From: Podarcis melisellensis
Lineage: Eukaryota
Reading direction: 5' to 3' (one strand)
Assembly: GCA_964234715.1 (NCBI GenBank)
Contig: OZ174287.1
Length of the DNA stretch: 64,000 nt
Part shown: one piece after another, positions 12,905 through 26,525 of the stretch
Layout of the letters: the number at the start of each line of letters is the position of its first letter
Numbering within the stretch: the first letter of the stretch is position 1
Position numbers and translations under genes: made by a program
Notes under the pieces: model-generated
The model's database searches: none
The model's input: only the letters and a program-made list of their open reading frames with translations
Told to the model about the DNA's origin: nothing

Positions 12905-13020
12905 AGTTATAGGATTGTAGAGTTGGAAGGGACCCTGAGGGTCTTCTAGTCCAACCCCCTGCAATGCGGAAATCTCAGCTAGCTCATGCATGACAGATGG
13001 CCACCTGACCTCTGCAGAAA
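12905..13020 (-). mobile_element. CR1-type 3' tail fragment (CR1 or Squam2-like SINE)
   Basis: ataggattgtagagttggaagggaccctgagggtcttctagtccaaccccctgcaatg, shared with the element at 21056-21704. Confidence 0.6.
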
Positions 13021-13023
13021 GTA

Positions 13024-13265
13024 CAGTGATACCTCGGGTTACATACGCTTCAGGTTATATATGCTTCCGGTTACAGTCTCCGCTAACCTAGAAATAGTAC
13101 CTTGGGTTAAGAACTTTGCTTCAGGATGAGAACAGAAATCGTGCTCTGGTGGCGGCGCAGCAGCGGGAGGCTCCATTAGGTAAAGTGGTGCTTCAGGTTA
13201 AGAACAGTTTCAGGTTAAGAACGGACCTCCAGAACAAATTAAGTTCTTAACCCGAGGTACCATTG
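13024..13265. mobile_element. Tc1/mariner (Tigger-like) MITE
   Basis: TIRs cagtgatacctcgggtta / taacccgaggtaccattg; TA duplicated at 13022-13023 and 13266-13267. Confidence 0.9.
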
Positions 13266-16200
13266 TAATCTGTCCATACAATTAGGTGACCCTCCTCTGT
13301 TCCATTGCTGCTTGAAGCAAGGCAAGTCAATGAATGGGCAAAAAGGTTTTCTTGCTTACGGAACAATCTCCTGTTTAGGAAAGTTCACCAGCAGCCTGCT
13401 CTAATGTCCCTTCGGCTCCTAGCAAAGAGCTTTTAATTTCTCCAGATTTAAAAACCTGCGGTGGAAACTGTTTTAATTGCTCCTGTTTTTCTTCTGCTGT
13501 CTCACCTAGTGCATTCTCAATCTTATTTATTATTGGTAATTTGTCGCTGTAGTTTTAGAATTTGCAGCAACGATTTTGTAGGCCACCCTGGAAACGTTTC
13601 ATGCTGAAGGGCAAAGTTAATACGTTTATAAATTAATTCATAAGAACAGAACTGCATCTTGGACAGTGCTGCTCAGCAGATGGAACTGAACTCATACCAG
13701 GAACTTTCAGCCAGTGAGCTGGCTATTTTGATCATCAAAGTCAGTTCTTCTTGTTCCTCAAAACTCCTTTCCCGCAGCAGCACGTTGCTATTCCTACTCC
13801 TAGCCTCTGTACTAGGTTTCCCCCACTATCACTGAGTGCTCTCCCTGCCGTGTTCCCCAGAACACTCCACCTTTCTGTATTCTGCACCTCCCAACAACTC
13901 TACTTTTTCTAGCAAACAATCCCACACCTCTGCTTAGGAAATACTGGGGAATGGTGGAGGTGGGGGATATTGTGCAGGCGAGCATCTATGCCCCAGGGTT
14001 GGATTGCAGCAGAGAAGTGGACAAGCTGGGGGATGGGGAGCCACCCACTCTAGCATGTAGCTGCTGGCACTTCCCATTACTCTCCCCTGTCATTTGCGTC
14101 GCGGCAACAATGCTTAATTATTCTTGCAGCAAGCTGAATATTTATAGAAGCTCGTATAATATCCATGTAAATAACCAAATCAGCCGGTTATGATTGTTAC
14201 GGATATAAATACCCGCTGCTGGCGGCTTTCAAGATGAGACAGGGAAGATGGATTGCCGCCGGCACGTTAGAAGCTTGTTTGGATAAACATTGACATTTGT
14301 CAATCTCTCCCTGGGGTCTGAGATACGTGAAGGGCTTGTGCGGGATGGAACACCACGGAGGAAGAACCTCAGCAGGCATTTGCAGCCGGTAGCCAGACCC
14401 TCAGCCTCAGTTTTGCTGTCACACTTCTTGTTCCTAGTCCCTACAAACCCATGGTAACCGGATGGTGCTTTAGGGTGCTTTCATGTATTATGACCCAAAG
14501 ACTGCCATCCCTAAGCTCATGTACACAAAACTCAATGGAATTTGCTTCTAAGCAAATATGCTAAGGATCATAGTATAAGAGCATGTTTGAGCATCTCCAG
14601 TGCTATATAGGTAGGGGTGTGTGTGTGTGTAGGTTGTTAAAGTAGGACAGAAAGTAGTAGAGACACATTTTTAAACTGAGTGTACCATGTAGCCAAATGC
14701 ACATTACACATCAGAATTACAAATACAGGAAAAGCTAAGGGCAACATGAGCACCAGTGTCCCAAACTGTGAGATTTGTGAATGTAATTAATTTGCACAAA
14801 GGGAGGCAATGGGGACTTGTGACTTCTTGGAAACCACACACTGTTATCTGAATTTCCTGACCTCAGATGCCCTGGGTACTAGCTGTGGTTACTCTATGCT
14901 GAAGGGAATGCACTCTCAACATGCATAAATACTCTCTCTTCATTATCACTATACGGATCCAAGGTTTGAATCCGTCTGTGGAAAACAGATTCTGGGGCTT
15001 AAGATTTGGTGACCCTCTACATCAAATTAAGCTATGGATGCCAGCTCCCCCACCACCACTCCTGCACAACTGACACTGGCTCCTGAAATTTTAATATACC
15101 CCCCTCAGGCAACCTAGGATGAAGCAGCAGAATTCTGGTTGCTAGATCCAGGAGGACAAGCAACAGAAAATGTACATCATCATGCTATGCTTGCAAAGAC
15201 CTCAGAGGCACCTGGCTGGTTGATGCTGGAGATCAGAATGCTGGACCAGATGAGCCTTTGATTTGATCCAGTAATTCTTGGGACAATATGGAGCTTGTTA
15301 TTCAAGGATGTTGCTTCTTGCACAGTTCTCTCTATTTCAGTCCTCTTTCTCTACCCCAACCGTTCCTTCCTCCCCCCCCCCTTTGTGCCACATTGATTTT
15401 CCCTCTCCTTTTTAGCTAGCTGTTCTTTCAGAGCCCCAAAGCACCTTTTCAGAACTTCAGCCGCCTGCCTCTGCGCCTTCCTGCCCCAATGCTGCTGTAT
15501 GGAGCATTTCCCTGGGCTGTAGGTTACATTTCCTCGGAGCCTGATCATTTCCTCCCTGCTCCTGCCTCCTCCAAGCCTTTCCCCCAGGCCCCTTTCTTGC
15601 TGCACCTCACTCCAGTGCAGTGTTAGCTCTGGCTCCCCCCTGTTGGTTTCCTTTCGTAGAGCCGAACAAGATTTTAAGTGATGCAAACAGCCGTCTCCAT
15701 GGCAGCCCTGTCAGACTCACTCCCCTTACCCCTTTGGGCCAAGAGCCATGGCTGTTCATCACTTGTGTCTTGTGCGCATGCACCAAACTGCAGATCCCAT
15801 TCACGTTCTTGCTACTTGACCGCAAGGCACCCTGGGCGAGCTGTCTAGGGCCCCTTTCCCTGCTGCTCCACAGATCCATCATTGTCGCCAAGCCTGCTCT
15901 CAGCGGCTCAATCTGAAAAAAAACACTATCAAGAGTCACAAGCCTTGGCGCTGCTGAATGTACCAGGAATGTGGCTCCCAACCTCTATTAAGCATCGTCC
16001 AACAAAACAAGCCTGGGAACAGAGATTAAAATTTCTGGGAAGAGAGGTGCCAGGGGCCAGGCTCAATTTCGCCAGAGAGACGCGGCAGCTGCCACAACAG
16101 CTCTGTTTCCAGACACTATCTGAGGCACTGGCAGGCTGTGGTTATGCTAGTAGCGAGGATGGGTGTCACAGAACGCAAACACAATTTGGCCTGGTTCGCA

Positions 16201-17204
16201 CATGCTTGCTTCACCATCTGATGACACTATTAATGGCATGCCTTGCATATGTGAACGGGCCATATCGCAGATAGGATTTTCATCAAATGCAATGCTCTTC
16301 AATGGAATCATGTTCATAAACACACACATTCAGCCTCAAGTCATAAAGGGTCCAGTAAGGCAGGCCTGGTCTATGCATGAAGAATATGAGATAGCCGAGA
16401 CAGCTCGAGGTGGCAAAATGGGACTGTACCACTTCATACTATACACTGCACATTTCACTGCAACAAAAACTCCTTGACTGCTGTGCTGATTTTCTATTTG
16501 CAATGAGCAAAGATAACCTCTCTCTCCCTCATTTTGTTATTGCTGTTTTTTTAAAGTGCAGCGGTTTCTGTACATGGAATAGCATTCACAGTCAAAAGCG
16601 GGGTCCACAGTCATTCTACCACCTGATTCCCCTGCACGTGTAAGACCAGGTCCAAGTGCAGAGCAAATAAGAGAGGGACATGCATATGCCAAGCATGCCA
16701 AACCTTCAGGTCAGAAGGGTTGCTGATCCACTCTGCACATAGTCTGTGGCATTCATGATGACATACCCAACACTTCAGCTCAAAACAGGTTTTGAGGCTA
16801 AGCCCTAATAAGCCTTGGCTGAAATGAGATTCTGCCTCTCACACAAGTGCTACTTATAGCAATGTATTCCTCCCCATCCCCTGCACTTGGAAAAAGCAAC
16901 TTGTAGGGAAGCAGGCATAAAAGTGCTTCAGGCATATATGCCTTTGTAACACTGAAAAGACCAGATATAAGTCTTCGACCTACAACCCTTCCAAAAATCC
17001 CTCAATCTTTGGATGATGTAGCCCTCACTCTGAGTCCTCTGACAGGACAAAGGCAGGGTGATTCTAGATACTCTCTGAATGTGTCCCTTCTACATCCAGT
17101 TATGCAATATGTGGTCAAACGGTTCCCCAACTACTGTATTTATTTATCTGAAAAGCAGCATCAGAGGCTGCAGTCAAGAACAGAGGAGTGATACTTGGGA
17201 GGGT

Positions 17205-17377
17205 GCTTAAACCTTTTTCTTCACCCTGCTTTTCTGCTCAGATTGCCCTCCCCAAACTGCTTTGCTCTCAGGAGAAAAATAACACAGGAGCCGTATATTT
17301 TACCCTCTCAGAGAAAAGCAGCTTGGGGGAGGTTGCTTGCAAGTGGACAAGCAGCAGGTAGGGAAAAGGGTTAAGCA
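17205..17377. repeat. Degenerate palindromic MITE-like inverted repeat
   Basis: gcttaaacctttt...ctccccaaactgctttgctct...aaaata is complementary to tatttt...agagaaaagcagcttgggggag...aaaagggttaagc. Confidence 0.6.
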
Positions 17378-17814
17378 GTTTCACTCCCAGTGCTCTCCAA
17401 CTCCAAGACTGCTTAGTTGTTGCTTAAATAAAAACTCCTATATGAAACAAAACCTTACCATCCACTTCCAACATACCATCTAGTTTACCCACATTTAAAG
17501 AACGTACATGGTTAGTGGGATCTGTCCGAGGTTCTGATCTGGAGCATGGCAAATCTGGGGGATGATGATAGGTTAGTCATTCTCAGTGGTGCGCTGGCCA
17601 GGGTATACCAAATATACTGTGAGCTATGGACCCACAGATCTGCCCCCACCCCACCCTCTGCATCTCTGCACTGTTTGATGGGAAAGCAGAATGCAAATTT
17701 AATAAATGCATAACTAAATAGCAGTGAACCATGCAATCAGCTCCAGGACACTGCATCTGACATGCAGCAAAGTTATCATCAGAGAAAGCACATCCAGTTC
17801 AGTAACATCCAGAG

Positions 17815-18218
17815 CAGCAGTTCCCAAACTTATTTTTCCTCATGGACCACTTGAAAATTGCTGAGGGTCTAGGCAGACCACAGAATAATTTTCTTCTGCC
17901 TATTGTAGCAACTGTAATGCACTGTGCTAAGTGCTCTATGGTTTTTAATTATAGTTTTAATGCTTCTTTTATTTCTTATATATTGTATTCTATTGTATTA
18001 CAGTTTGAATCCCATAGAAATAAAACTGCAATACAATAAAATACAATGTAAGAAATAAAAGAAGCAATAAAACTACAACTAAAAATCTATATGAATATTC
18101 AGCACGATGGATGTGTCATCTCCCATCTTCAAGCACAACTCCACAGGCATGCTGTAGTCCACATGAATGAAGCTTGTGGGCAATCGGTGGTATGCAGACA
18201 ACAGTCTGGGAACCCTAG
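17815..18218. mobile_element. hAT non-autonomous element
   Basis: Termini cagcagttcccaaact / agtctgggaaccctag; 8-bp flanks atccagag / ttctagag (6/8). Confidence 0.7.
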
Positions 18219-21055
18219 TTCTAGAGATATTAAGAAGGTAGGTGAGGATGTACTAAAACTATTTAGGTTTCTAAGGCTGGGCAAGAATTAAACATCAAGT
18301 TTTGGTTGCAAAAAACCCATTAGTATAAATCTGTGTTCTTTGAACCTGGGTCCCCAGATGTTGTTGGTTGGACTACAGTGCTCATCTTCCCCAGCCAGCT
18401 TTATCAATGATCAGGGATGATGGGAGTTGTAGTGCAATGAAATCTGGTGCCCTCAGGTTGAAGATCACTGGTATAAATTGTATCATCGTTCCAAGGCAGA
18501 GACAAGCCTTTTCTGGAAAGTGTGGGCATGAGTTCAAGTCCTCTGAGGATGAAATACTCCCACTTTAAATGCATGTTGCAACAGAGATGTTGACCTGCCT
18601 TAAGCCTTGAACAGTTTTTTCTACTTAGACAGGTAAGCAGGCATCTAGGCAATACTGCAGTGGCAGGTGGGCTTTAACTTTGCATTCCAGGTCAGCAACT
18701 AGTATGGCAATTTTGAACCAGTGCCTCAGTACCCACAACCTGAAGTGGCCTGCCTACAAATCCTGTTGCCACAAATGCCAATTTATTCACACCTTTTTTG
18801 CCACTAGGTTTGAAATGTTGTAGAGGAGAGTCAGGGAACGTCTCTAAGCGTGATGGATTTGGCCCATGACCTTACATGTTAAGCTTATCCATTCATGCTG
18901 GGGTTTCCCAGGAAGGCCACAAATTCAAGTGGTTGCTGCCACTCATCCCTTCCTTCCTTCTTTTTTAAAAAGAAAACTTCTCTAGGAAACCACAGGAGAA
19001 TTTCCCAACAGCTTGCCTTTCTGCTAGGTCTGCTGAAGGAAGTTCCACTGCTCCCCAGAAAATATTGTGGTGTCCCAAAGACAACATACCCATAATTAAA
19101 ACTGAGTGCCACAGACTGTGGCCTGTGTGGCAGTATGTGTGGGAGTATTCGGCCCAGAAATCCGGTGCTCCAAAATGTTTCTGACACTCGCACTCAGCCA
19201 AGCAGAGCAGGCAGCAAAATGGAATCAATGCATGGAAACGCAACGGGCAGGAAAGAAAACAACATTGAAAAATCAAACAGCCCAGGGGAGTTTTCATGCA
19301 GAACCCTTTTCTGCTGGGTTTGGCTGCCTCCGATGAATTGCTAGCTGGCACATCAAGCAGCACCTTTCAATTAGGGATGTGCAGGGAAAGGAAAGAGTGG
19401 GAAAGTGAGAGAGAGAAGAAAGAAATCTTTCAAGTCTGGCATTGTGATGCTGCAAATTCCACTTTCAGGCTTAATAATAGGAGCACAGAAATGTGAGCCG
19501 CAGGAGGTAAATGAGCCTCTCAGTTTAGCACTGATATCACCTGGCCATACCTTTCCTCTATCTATGAAGCCACTTTTTTTTACTGCAAGTCCTTCTCTCT
19601 AGGCTTGAGTTCTCGGCAAAGGCATTTCCAAACCACCTTGTTGCCTGACTCTGCCCTGACCCCACCCCAGCTACTCTTTTGCCAGCCCTATGTATGCTGA
19701 TGGTGCTAAGTAAGTGCTCTGGCTACCATCCAGCAAATCCTATTGCAGCATGATTTCTCCAAAACTTACCTCATTCCGTTAACACAGTGCAGCTATAATG
19801 TACCCAGAAAGGTAGGGAAATCATGGCTGCTTGGCTGCCATTAGCTAAACCGCTGCGATGTCACGGAATGTTTGCAAACATTCCAAATGAAGTCGGGAGT
19901 TCTGGAAGCCTTCTTTTAAAATATTAAGGTTGCACTCTTAAGTGAACACTGCAACTCATAACCTGTGCATAGTGATGACGTAGGAGAGAGCTGCTATCTA
20001 ATCTGGTAAGAGTCCAGTCAGATGCAAAATATTCCCATCACCAGAAATGAAATAAATTCTTCACTCCATTTGAGTTCCACTGCTTCTTCCTAGGACCCAT
20101 GAGAGTGATACAGAGCTGCATTTTTTTAAAAAAATCTTTATTTAGATAACCTTTTCCTGCCCTGGAATAAGGAAGGATCCCTACTGCTCCCAAGGGAAGT
20201 GGAGGGATCCTGAGGCCATAAGAGAAGATTGGTGGGAGAAGGAGTGCCAAGCCAAAGTATGACTCAGTGGAAAGAGGGATCGACTAAAGGGCAAAACAGC
20301 TTTGGTAATGGCTGCATTTGTTCAAGTACACAGGAGAGGCTGCCCCTTGAAGCTGGAACAAATCATTTTCACCGTAATACAATCAAGACAGCTGAAACCC
20401 AACTGACCTTTGCAGAACCCTTTGTTCCTAGAGAGATGGCTTTCAGAAGAGGTTTAGACAAATTCGTAGAAGAGAGGTCTATCAGTGACCACTACCTGTC
20501 ATAGCTAAAATAGGCTTCTGTGTTTAGCAGAAGGCACCTCAGAATACCAGATTGTAGGCACAAAGTGTAACAAAAAGGGAAAGACTCAGGAGAGCCTGCT
20601 TACGCCCCTTCCTTGCACACCTTTCTTGCAGAGTAGGCCAATTGTGCTTCCCAAGTATATAGTAGAGTTGCCACCACTTCCTACAGCCCTTCCTGCCCCC
20701 TCCAGGCATGAAGAATTTGGAGAAGGCTCAAAGCAGTTGCTTTCCAAGGGGCTCTGAGTCAGTCCACCTTGCACTTTTTGGGCCAAATTTCCTGCTCCTT
20801 TCTGGGATATGTAGGGCTAGCTTCCAGCTGTTTATCTCACCCTGGAGATCAAAACAGATTCCTCATTTCCCTGTCAGACCTATCCAGTCTCTCATGTAGA
20901 ACAGAACTAGGTGCTGGTCTTTCGCAACCCTGATCCTAAACTCCAGCAGTATGAAGCCAAATTGATCTAGACAAGTGGGGATTGCAAGAACCCTGAGGTT
21001 GGCAAACATACACACTCCAGACCCCAATGGCCAAGATTTTTCGAAAAAACTTCCT

Positions 21056-21568
21056 TTAGAATAGAATCATAGACTTAGAAGGGACTCTGAGGATCAGGTT
21101 TAAGGTGCTGGTTTTAACCTTTAAAGCCCTATACGACCTAGGACCCTCGTACCTACGGGACCGCCTCTCCTGGTATGCCCCACAGAGAAACCTACGGTCT
21201 GCAAATAATAACATCTTCAAGGTCCCAGGCCTCAGAGAGGTTAGGCTGGCCTCAACTAGAGCCAGGGCCTTCTCAGCTGCGGTGGAACGCTCTGTCACAA
21301 GAGACTAGGGCCCTGCGGGACCTGACATCTTTCCGCAGGGCCTGCAAGACAGAGTTGTTCCACCAGGCCTTTGGTCAGGGCACAGCCTAACTCCCTCCTC
21401 TGGCAACCTGCACAGAATTTTGCTTAATCGGTTGCCATCAATTTGATTTTAATTAATTTTTATAATGAAATATTTTTAGAATGTGTGATTTTTTGACTGT
21501 TTGATTATTTGATTGTTGTTAGCCGCCCTGAGCCCAGCTTCGGCTGGGGAGGGTGGGATATAAATAAA

Positions 21569-21620
<52 letters not shown>

Positions 21621-21704
21621 TAGTCCAACCCCCTGCAATGAAGGAATATGCAGCTGTCCCATAAGGGATTCATACTTGCATTCTTGGCATTATCAGCACC
21701 ATGC
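21056..21704 (-). mobile_element. Squam2-like SINE (tRNA head plus CR1-type tail) split by an L2 insertion
   Basis: Tail half at 21056-21096 (agaatcatag...gaagggactctgaggatc); remainder resumes at about 21618 (tagtccaaccccctgcaatg...ttggcattatcagcaccatgc). Confidence 0.7.
21091..21619 (+). mobile_element. Young L2 LINE 3' fragment with (TTA)n tail
   Basis: Encodes RFKVLVLTFKALYDLGPSYLRDRL...RAFS...; 3'UTR ends ccgccctgagcc...gggagggtgggatataaataaa followed by a long (TTA)n. Confidence 0.9.
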
Positions 21705-22714
21705 AATAGAAGGAAAGAAAGAAGGTAATGAACAAGGAGAAGACTGAAATCCATTGGAGTTCTGTGGATCCTCGTCTACACTAAAAACTTTTTGGCATCC
21801 ACCTGTCTCTGGAGATACCTGACAGAACATGGGATGTTTTGCACACAAAACATGTGCTCTAACGCTGAGTTATGGTTCTTTCCCTGCTGATCACCGTCTC
21901 CTCTGTGATTTGTAATCCCCTTTTAAAAGCTACCTAAGCCAGGTACCATTACCACATCATCCAGAACCAGCAGGGAATTCTTTAAGTCAATTATAAACTG
22001 GGTCTGTCTTGAACCTACCGGTGATCAGTTTCATTGGGTGACTGACCCCAGCTCTTATGAAAGTGGGAAGAAACAATTCCCTCTGTCCACTTTCTCCAAA
22101 CTGCACACACTTTCATAAAACCCTGCTGTGACTTGAGTTTTCCTTATGCTGTGCTTGTGAGCAACGAGAGGCATGCAACTGGCTAACACTGGACTCGACA
22201 GATTTAAAAGCAAGTCTCTGAAAGGTCTTCAGTTTGCAGGGAGCCTTGGATAAACCCTTTGCTCAGGGTTGTTTAGTGGGTGGTTCCCTATGGGAGGTTG
22301 CCTGCTCTTGATGGGGACTCCTCTGCTCAGTGCCTGAGGGCCCCAGTCCTGCCACTCATCACCTGGCCCAGGGCGGGGCCTGATGGGCTCTATGAAGGAC
22401 TGCTGCCCCCGCTGCTGCTGCTGGGCAGAGAGGGCTCCGTTTTGTTTTTTGTTTAAATTGCTGTTATTTTTTACCTATGTCATTTTAAACTGTGATATTA
22501 ATGCTGTATTCTTAGTTTTAGATTTATGTGGAAATTGTTTCCCATTTGGTTGTATATTTTTTGATGTGGTTTATTTATTGTTTATGACTTTTGTAATTAT
22601 GTAAATCTTGTCATGCTGTAAACCGCCTTGAGCATTGTTTTTTTAACCGTGGAAAGGAGGCATACAAATAGAAAATGATGATGATGATGATGGGGCTATA
22701 CTCTCTATGAATGA

Positions 22715-23040
22715 GTGGGTACACAGCTTGGGGGTACATCTGGCTCCTTTACTGAGGCTCAGTTGGCCTTGGTGCCACAGAGTGCCTTCCTTCAGCTTTG
22801 GCTGGTGGCCCAGCTGCACCCCTATCTGGACAGGGATAGCCTAACTTTTATCACCCATGCTCTAGTAACCTCTATCTTAGATTGCTGCAACATGTTACAT
22901 GTAGGGCTGCATCTGAAGACAGTTCTGAAACTTCAGCTGGTGCAGAATTCAGCAGTCAAGTTGCTCACCAGGGCAAAATGGTTTAAGCATATTACACCAA
23001 TCCTGGCCCAACTGTACTGGTTGCCAATTAGATTCAGGAA
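22715..23040 (+). mobile_element. L2 ORF2 fragment
   Basis: QSAFLQLWLVAQLHPYLDRDSL...HALVTSILDCCN...LQLVQNSAVKLLT...LYWLPIRFR matches L2 RT C-terminal motifs. Confidence 0.9.
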
Positions 23041-25645
23041 CCATTTTGATTCTCAGCTATCACCCCTAAGTCTCCACCACTGTGGGGTGCTTGCCTCACA
23101 ACTCAGTGTTCTGCAACCCTGGGCCCTTAGACTTTGTTAGACAACAAGAGACCATTGGCTATGCTGGCTCAGGATGGTCACAGTTGCAATCCAACATCTG
23201 GGCAGCCAAGGTTGAAGAAGACTGGAAGTAGAGTGTGCATTGGAGGATCATTGGTTGGATACGTGTGGGGGCCACATGATGAGGGACAGCCAATGGGGTG
23301 CCCTCCAGATGTTGTTTTTCTCCAGCTCCTATAATGCCTGACCATTGGCCCATGGTAGCTGGGTCTGATAAGAGTTCAACAACATCTGGGGGACAGCTTA
23401 CTACCCCTGCCTTAAGTTTCGTGTGGGAGGGGGTGTGCCCACCTGTTCCTCTCCTGCATCGAAGGGCCATCAGCAGGGCAAGTCTTGAACCAGCCCGAAG
23501 TGACTCATTTCTGTGGTTGCTGGGCTATTGACAGAAGAGGGGGAACATCCCTGACCTTTTCTCTTTGGGAAAACACAGCTAATTGCCTGTGTTTCTCCAT
23601 TCATTAGGAAAAGGTCCAAGACGCAACGAGATGAGAAAACATTTGCATGCTCTCCTCTGGGTGACATCTCTTCTTGTCCTCAGTGAAGGTCAAGGGCAAC
23701 CAGGGTTGGCTTGGAGACAAGCTTTCAAGCTAACACATTCCTCCCCCTCCTCCCCCCAGGGTTTATTTATCCTTCTGGCTGCTGGCACTTTTAAGGATGT
23801 TATTCATCCAGTAGGACTTTTTATGTTCCCAGAAACATAAATCAGGAACCTTGTCACTTTTTTACGGCCACGACTAAATATTGCTACCTGGTAATGCAGC
23901 CTCTTAACAGCATTTAGAAGAGAGCCACGTCCTTCCTTTTGTAAGGGCTGTTGGCGCCTTGGCTGAGGTTGTTTTATGGAGGAGTTTAATAGAGGAGCCC
24001 AACATGAAGTCCTACTTAGAAAAGAGGGAGCTGCCACAGAGATTTACAAGCTAAAGGGCTAGCTTCTACTGGCAGGGAGAGGTGGAGGACTCCACTCAGT
24101 TTACGCAGCGGAGGAGGGTTCTGGCAAAGCTATGTGTCTCATATCCACACTAACATACACACACTATCCCAATAAAAATGCTGCATGAAGAAAACAGGGG
24201 TTCTCTGTAACGGATTAATTATGGAAATTTAGCATCTGTGAACCACTTATCGTTGCAAGTTTTGGGTCAAGCAAATTAAGGCCCTTGGCTTTCCTCACCT
24301 TTCTGACAATCTCTATATCCTTGCTCATTACACATTACCTTCCTTAAACACCTGAGATGTGTTCAGAGCACAGTTCTGTAGGCAAACAACATAGACACAT
24401 CCATGCCTGTTTTGAAGAATGCCTGGAAAGCCACAACACTTGTTAAGCAAAGTCCCCCTTGAACACTGATCTTTTGCAATGATACTTGATACCTGCAGTT
24501 ATATATACACTTCTTTGATTAGAGGGTTGAATATCATCTTGATCTCCCCATGTCTGGTTTTAAGAGGAGGTGGAGAGATGCAAAATACATTGCAATACAA
24601 TACCTGAAGCCAAATCAACTAGTCTTTGCATTACTTTTTTTTCTAATTTTGCCTGTCATGGGAGGAAGTATCAGCCTCATAAGGCAACGAAGGGATGCTC
24701 CAAACACTGGAAACAGCATCAGTTGCACTTCTGAGATTTCAGCAAGCATTGCTTACACACTTCTTAGCATATCTGTGCAACCACAGGACTAGAAACTTAT
24801 GTGTCTTTTTAAGGAAGCAGAGAGCCTTGGGAAATATAATTCTGCCCAATTTGATATATTTGTTGAGGGGGAGATTCACTACGTCAGGGAGGCAAGGAAC
24901 CCTTTTCAGCAGGAGGGTCATATTTCCTTGAAGGCAACCTTCCAGAGGTGGGTGAAACAAAGCAGGTGGAGCAACAGATAGGACTGTTACCTTTGCATAG
25001 TAGGCTACATTCCAGATGAGCTAAAGTCAAGAGATTTCTACACACACACATATTTCGAAAGCAGCCCTTAGCATTCTTTATCAACAACCCATAAAGCGGA
25101 CAAATATTATCCTCTCCATTTTGCAGACAGAGGTGGAACATGGGCTGCGACTGAGAAAACAGCCCTAAGGTGGGTTAATGGCAGAGGTAAGATTTCAACT
25201 GGGACGTTCAAGCCACAAGGGGCTAGCAAACAGTGAGGTTTTTTGTCACCCTGAAACCCCAGTAATTTCACTTTTATTCTTTTTTAAACAAAAAAGGGGC
25301 TGTATCTAACTAGGTTCTACTCATGCCTAACTGTTGGTAGATATGTCCATTAATTTCAATGAGTTTACACCAGGGAGGTCCTGATAGGGAACATCTTAGT
25401 GCTGCCAATCGCAGTTGGGCTCACTGTCATCACCGGTCAGCGAGCCCTGCTTGCAAAACAGGAATTGGGAGCTCACCTGAAGCTACCCATTGTTTCTCTG
25501 GAGCCACACCCTTACCTATTCCACAAATGACATCACATATGACATCAGGTGTGCGGCAGGTGGTTGTGGTTGAGAGAAAATGGCCTCATGGGTCAAATTA
25601 GGAGCCATGCCATGCCTGATTAGGCATGGAGGTCAGAGGTTCCCT

Positions 25646-26525
25646 GATTAAGTGGGCACAAGACATTGGTCATGACATTATGTTTGCGGATTGGGAACAG
25701 TTATGGACCACCGGTATAAAATTTACGGCATGTAATGCCTTAAGAGAAAATATTATGAAAATGATTTACAGGTGGTACATGACCCCAACCAAGCTCGCAA
25801 AAATCTATCATTTGCCCAATAATAAATGCTGGAAATGTAATGAGACTGAAGGAACCTTTTATCACCTTTGGTGGACCTGCCCGAAGATTAAAGCCTTCTG
25901 GGAAATGATCTATAATGAAATTAAGAAGGTACTTAAATGTACTTTTCACAAGAAACCAGAGGCATTTCTCTTGGGCATGGTCGGCCAATTGGTGTCAAAG
26001 AAGGATAGGACGTTTTTTATGTACGCCACCACAGCAGCAAGGATCCTCTTAGCAAAGTATTGGAAGACACAAGAACTACCCACACTGGAAGAATGGCAGA
26101 CGAAGGTGATTGACTACATGGGACTGGCGGAGATGACTGGCAGAATCCGCGACCAAGAAAAAGAGACGGTGGAAGAAGATTGGAAGAAATTCAAAGTATA
26201 TCTTAAAAATTGTTGTAAAATTGATGAATGCTAAAATGTCAAGGGAAAGGAAAATATAGAATTATAGCTGTAATTGATTAAGTATGAGAAGAAGCTTAAA
26301 AAGAAAATAAGTAATTAATTAATTGGTGTGAAGACTTGCTGAAGAAATTTTAAAACAGGGATGCAGAAAAGGGGAGGTAAGGGGAAGTCCGAGAAGCAAG
26401 GTTTATGAAAAAGAGGTTTTGAAATTATACATGTTTATATGTTTTTGTTTGTTTATGTGTGTGTGTCGTTTTGTCTTTAATTTGTGTTGGAAAATTAATA
26501 AAAAAAATTATATATATAAAAAAAA
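25646..26525 (+). mobile_element. 5'-truncated L1/Tx1-clade LINE (ORF2 C-terminal CCHC domain, 3'UTR, polyA)
   Basis: Uninterrupted frame with CWKC-x8-H-x4-C zinc knuckle; AATAAA and A-tail; perfect 12-bp TSD cagaggttccct at 25634-25645 and 26526-26537. Confidence 0.93.

Noticed and set aside
25626-26234. Longest ORF (202 aa) as a host gene
   Set aside because: It is an L1/Tx1 ORF2 C-terminus bounded by a TSD and polyA tail.
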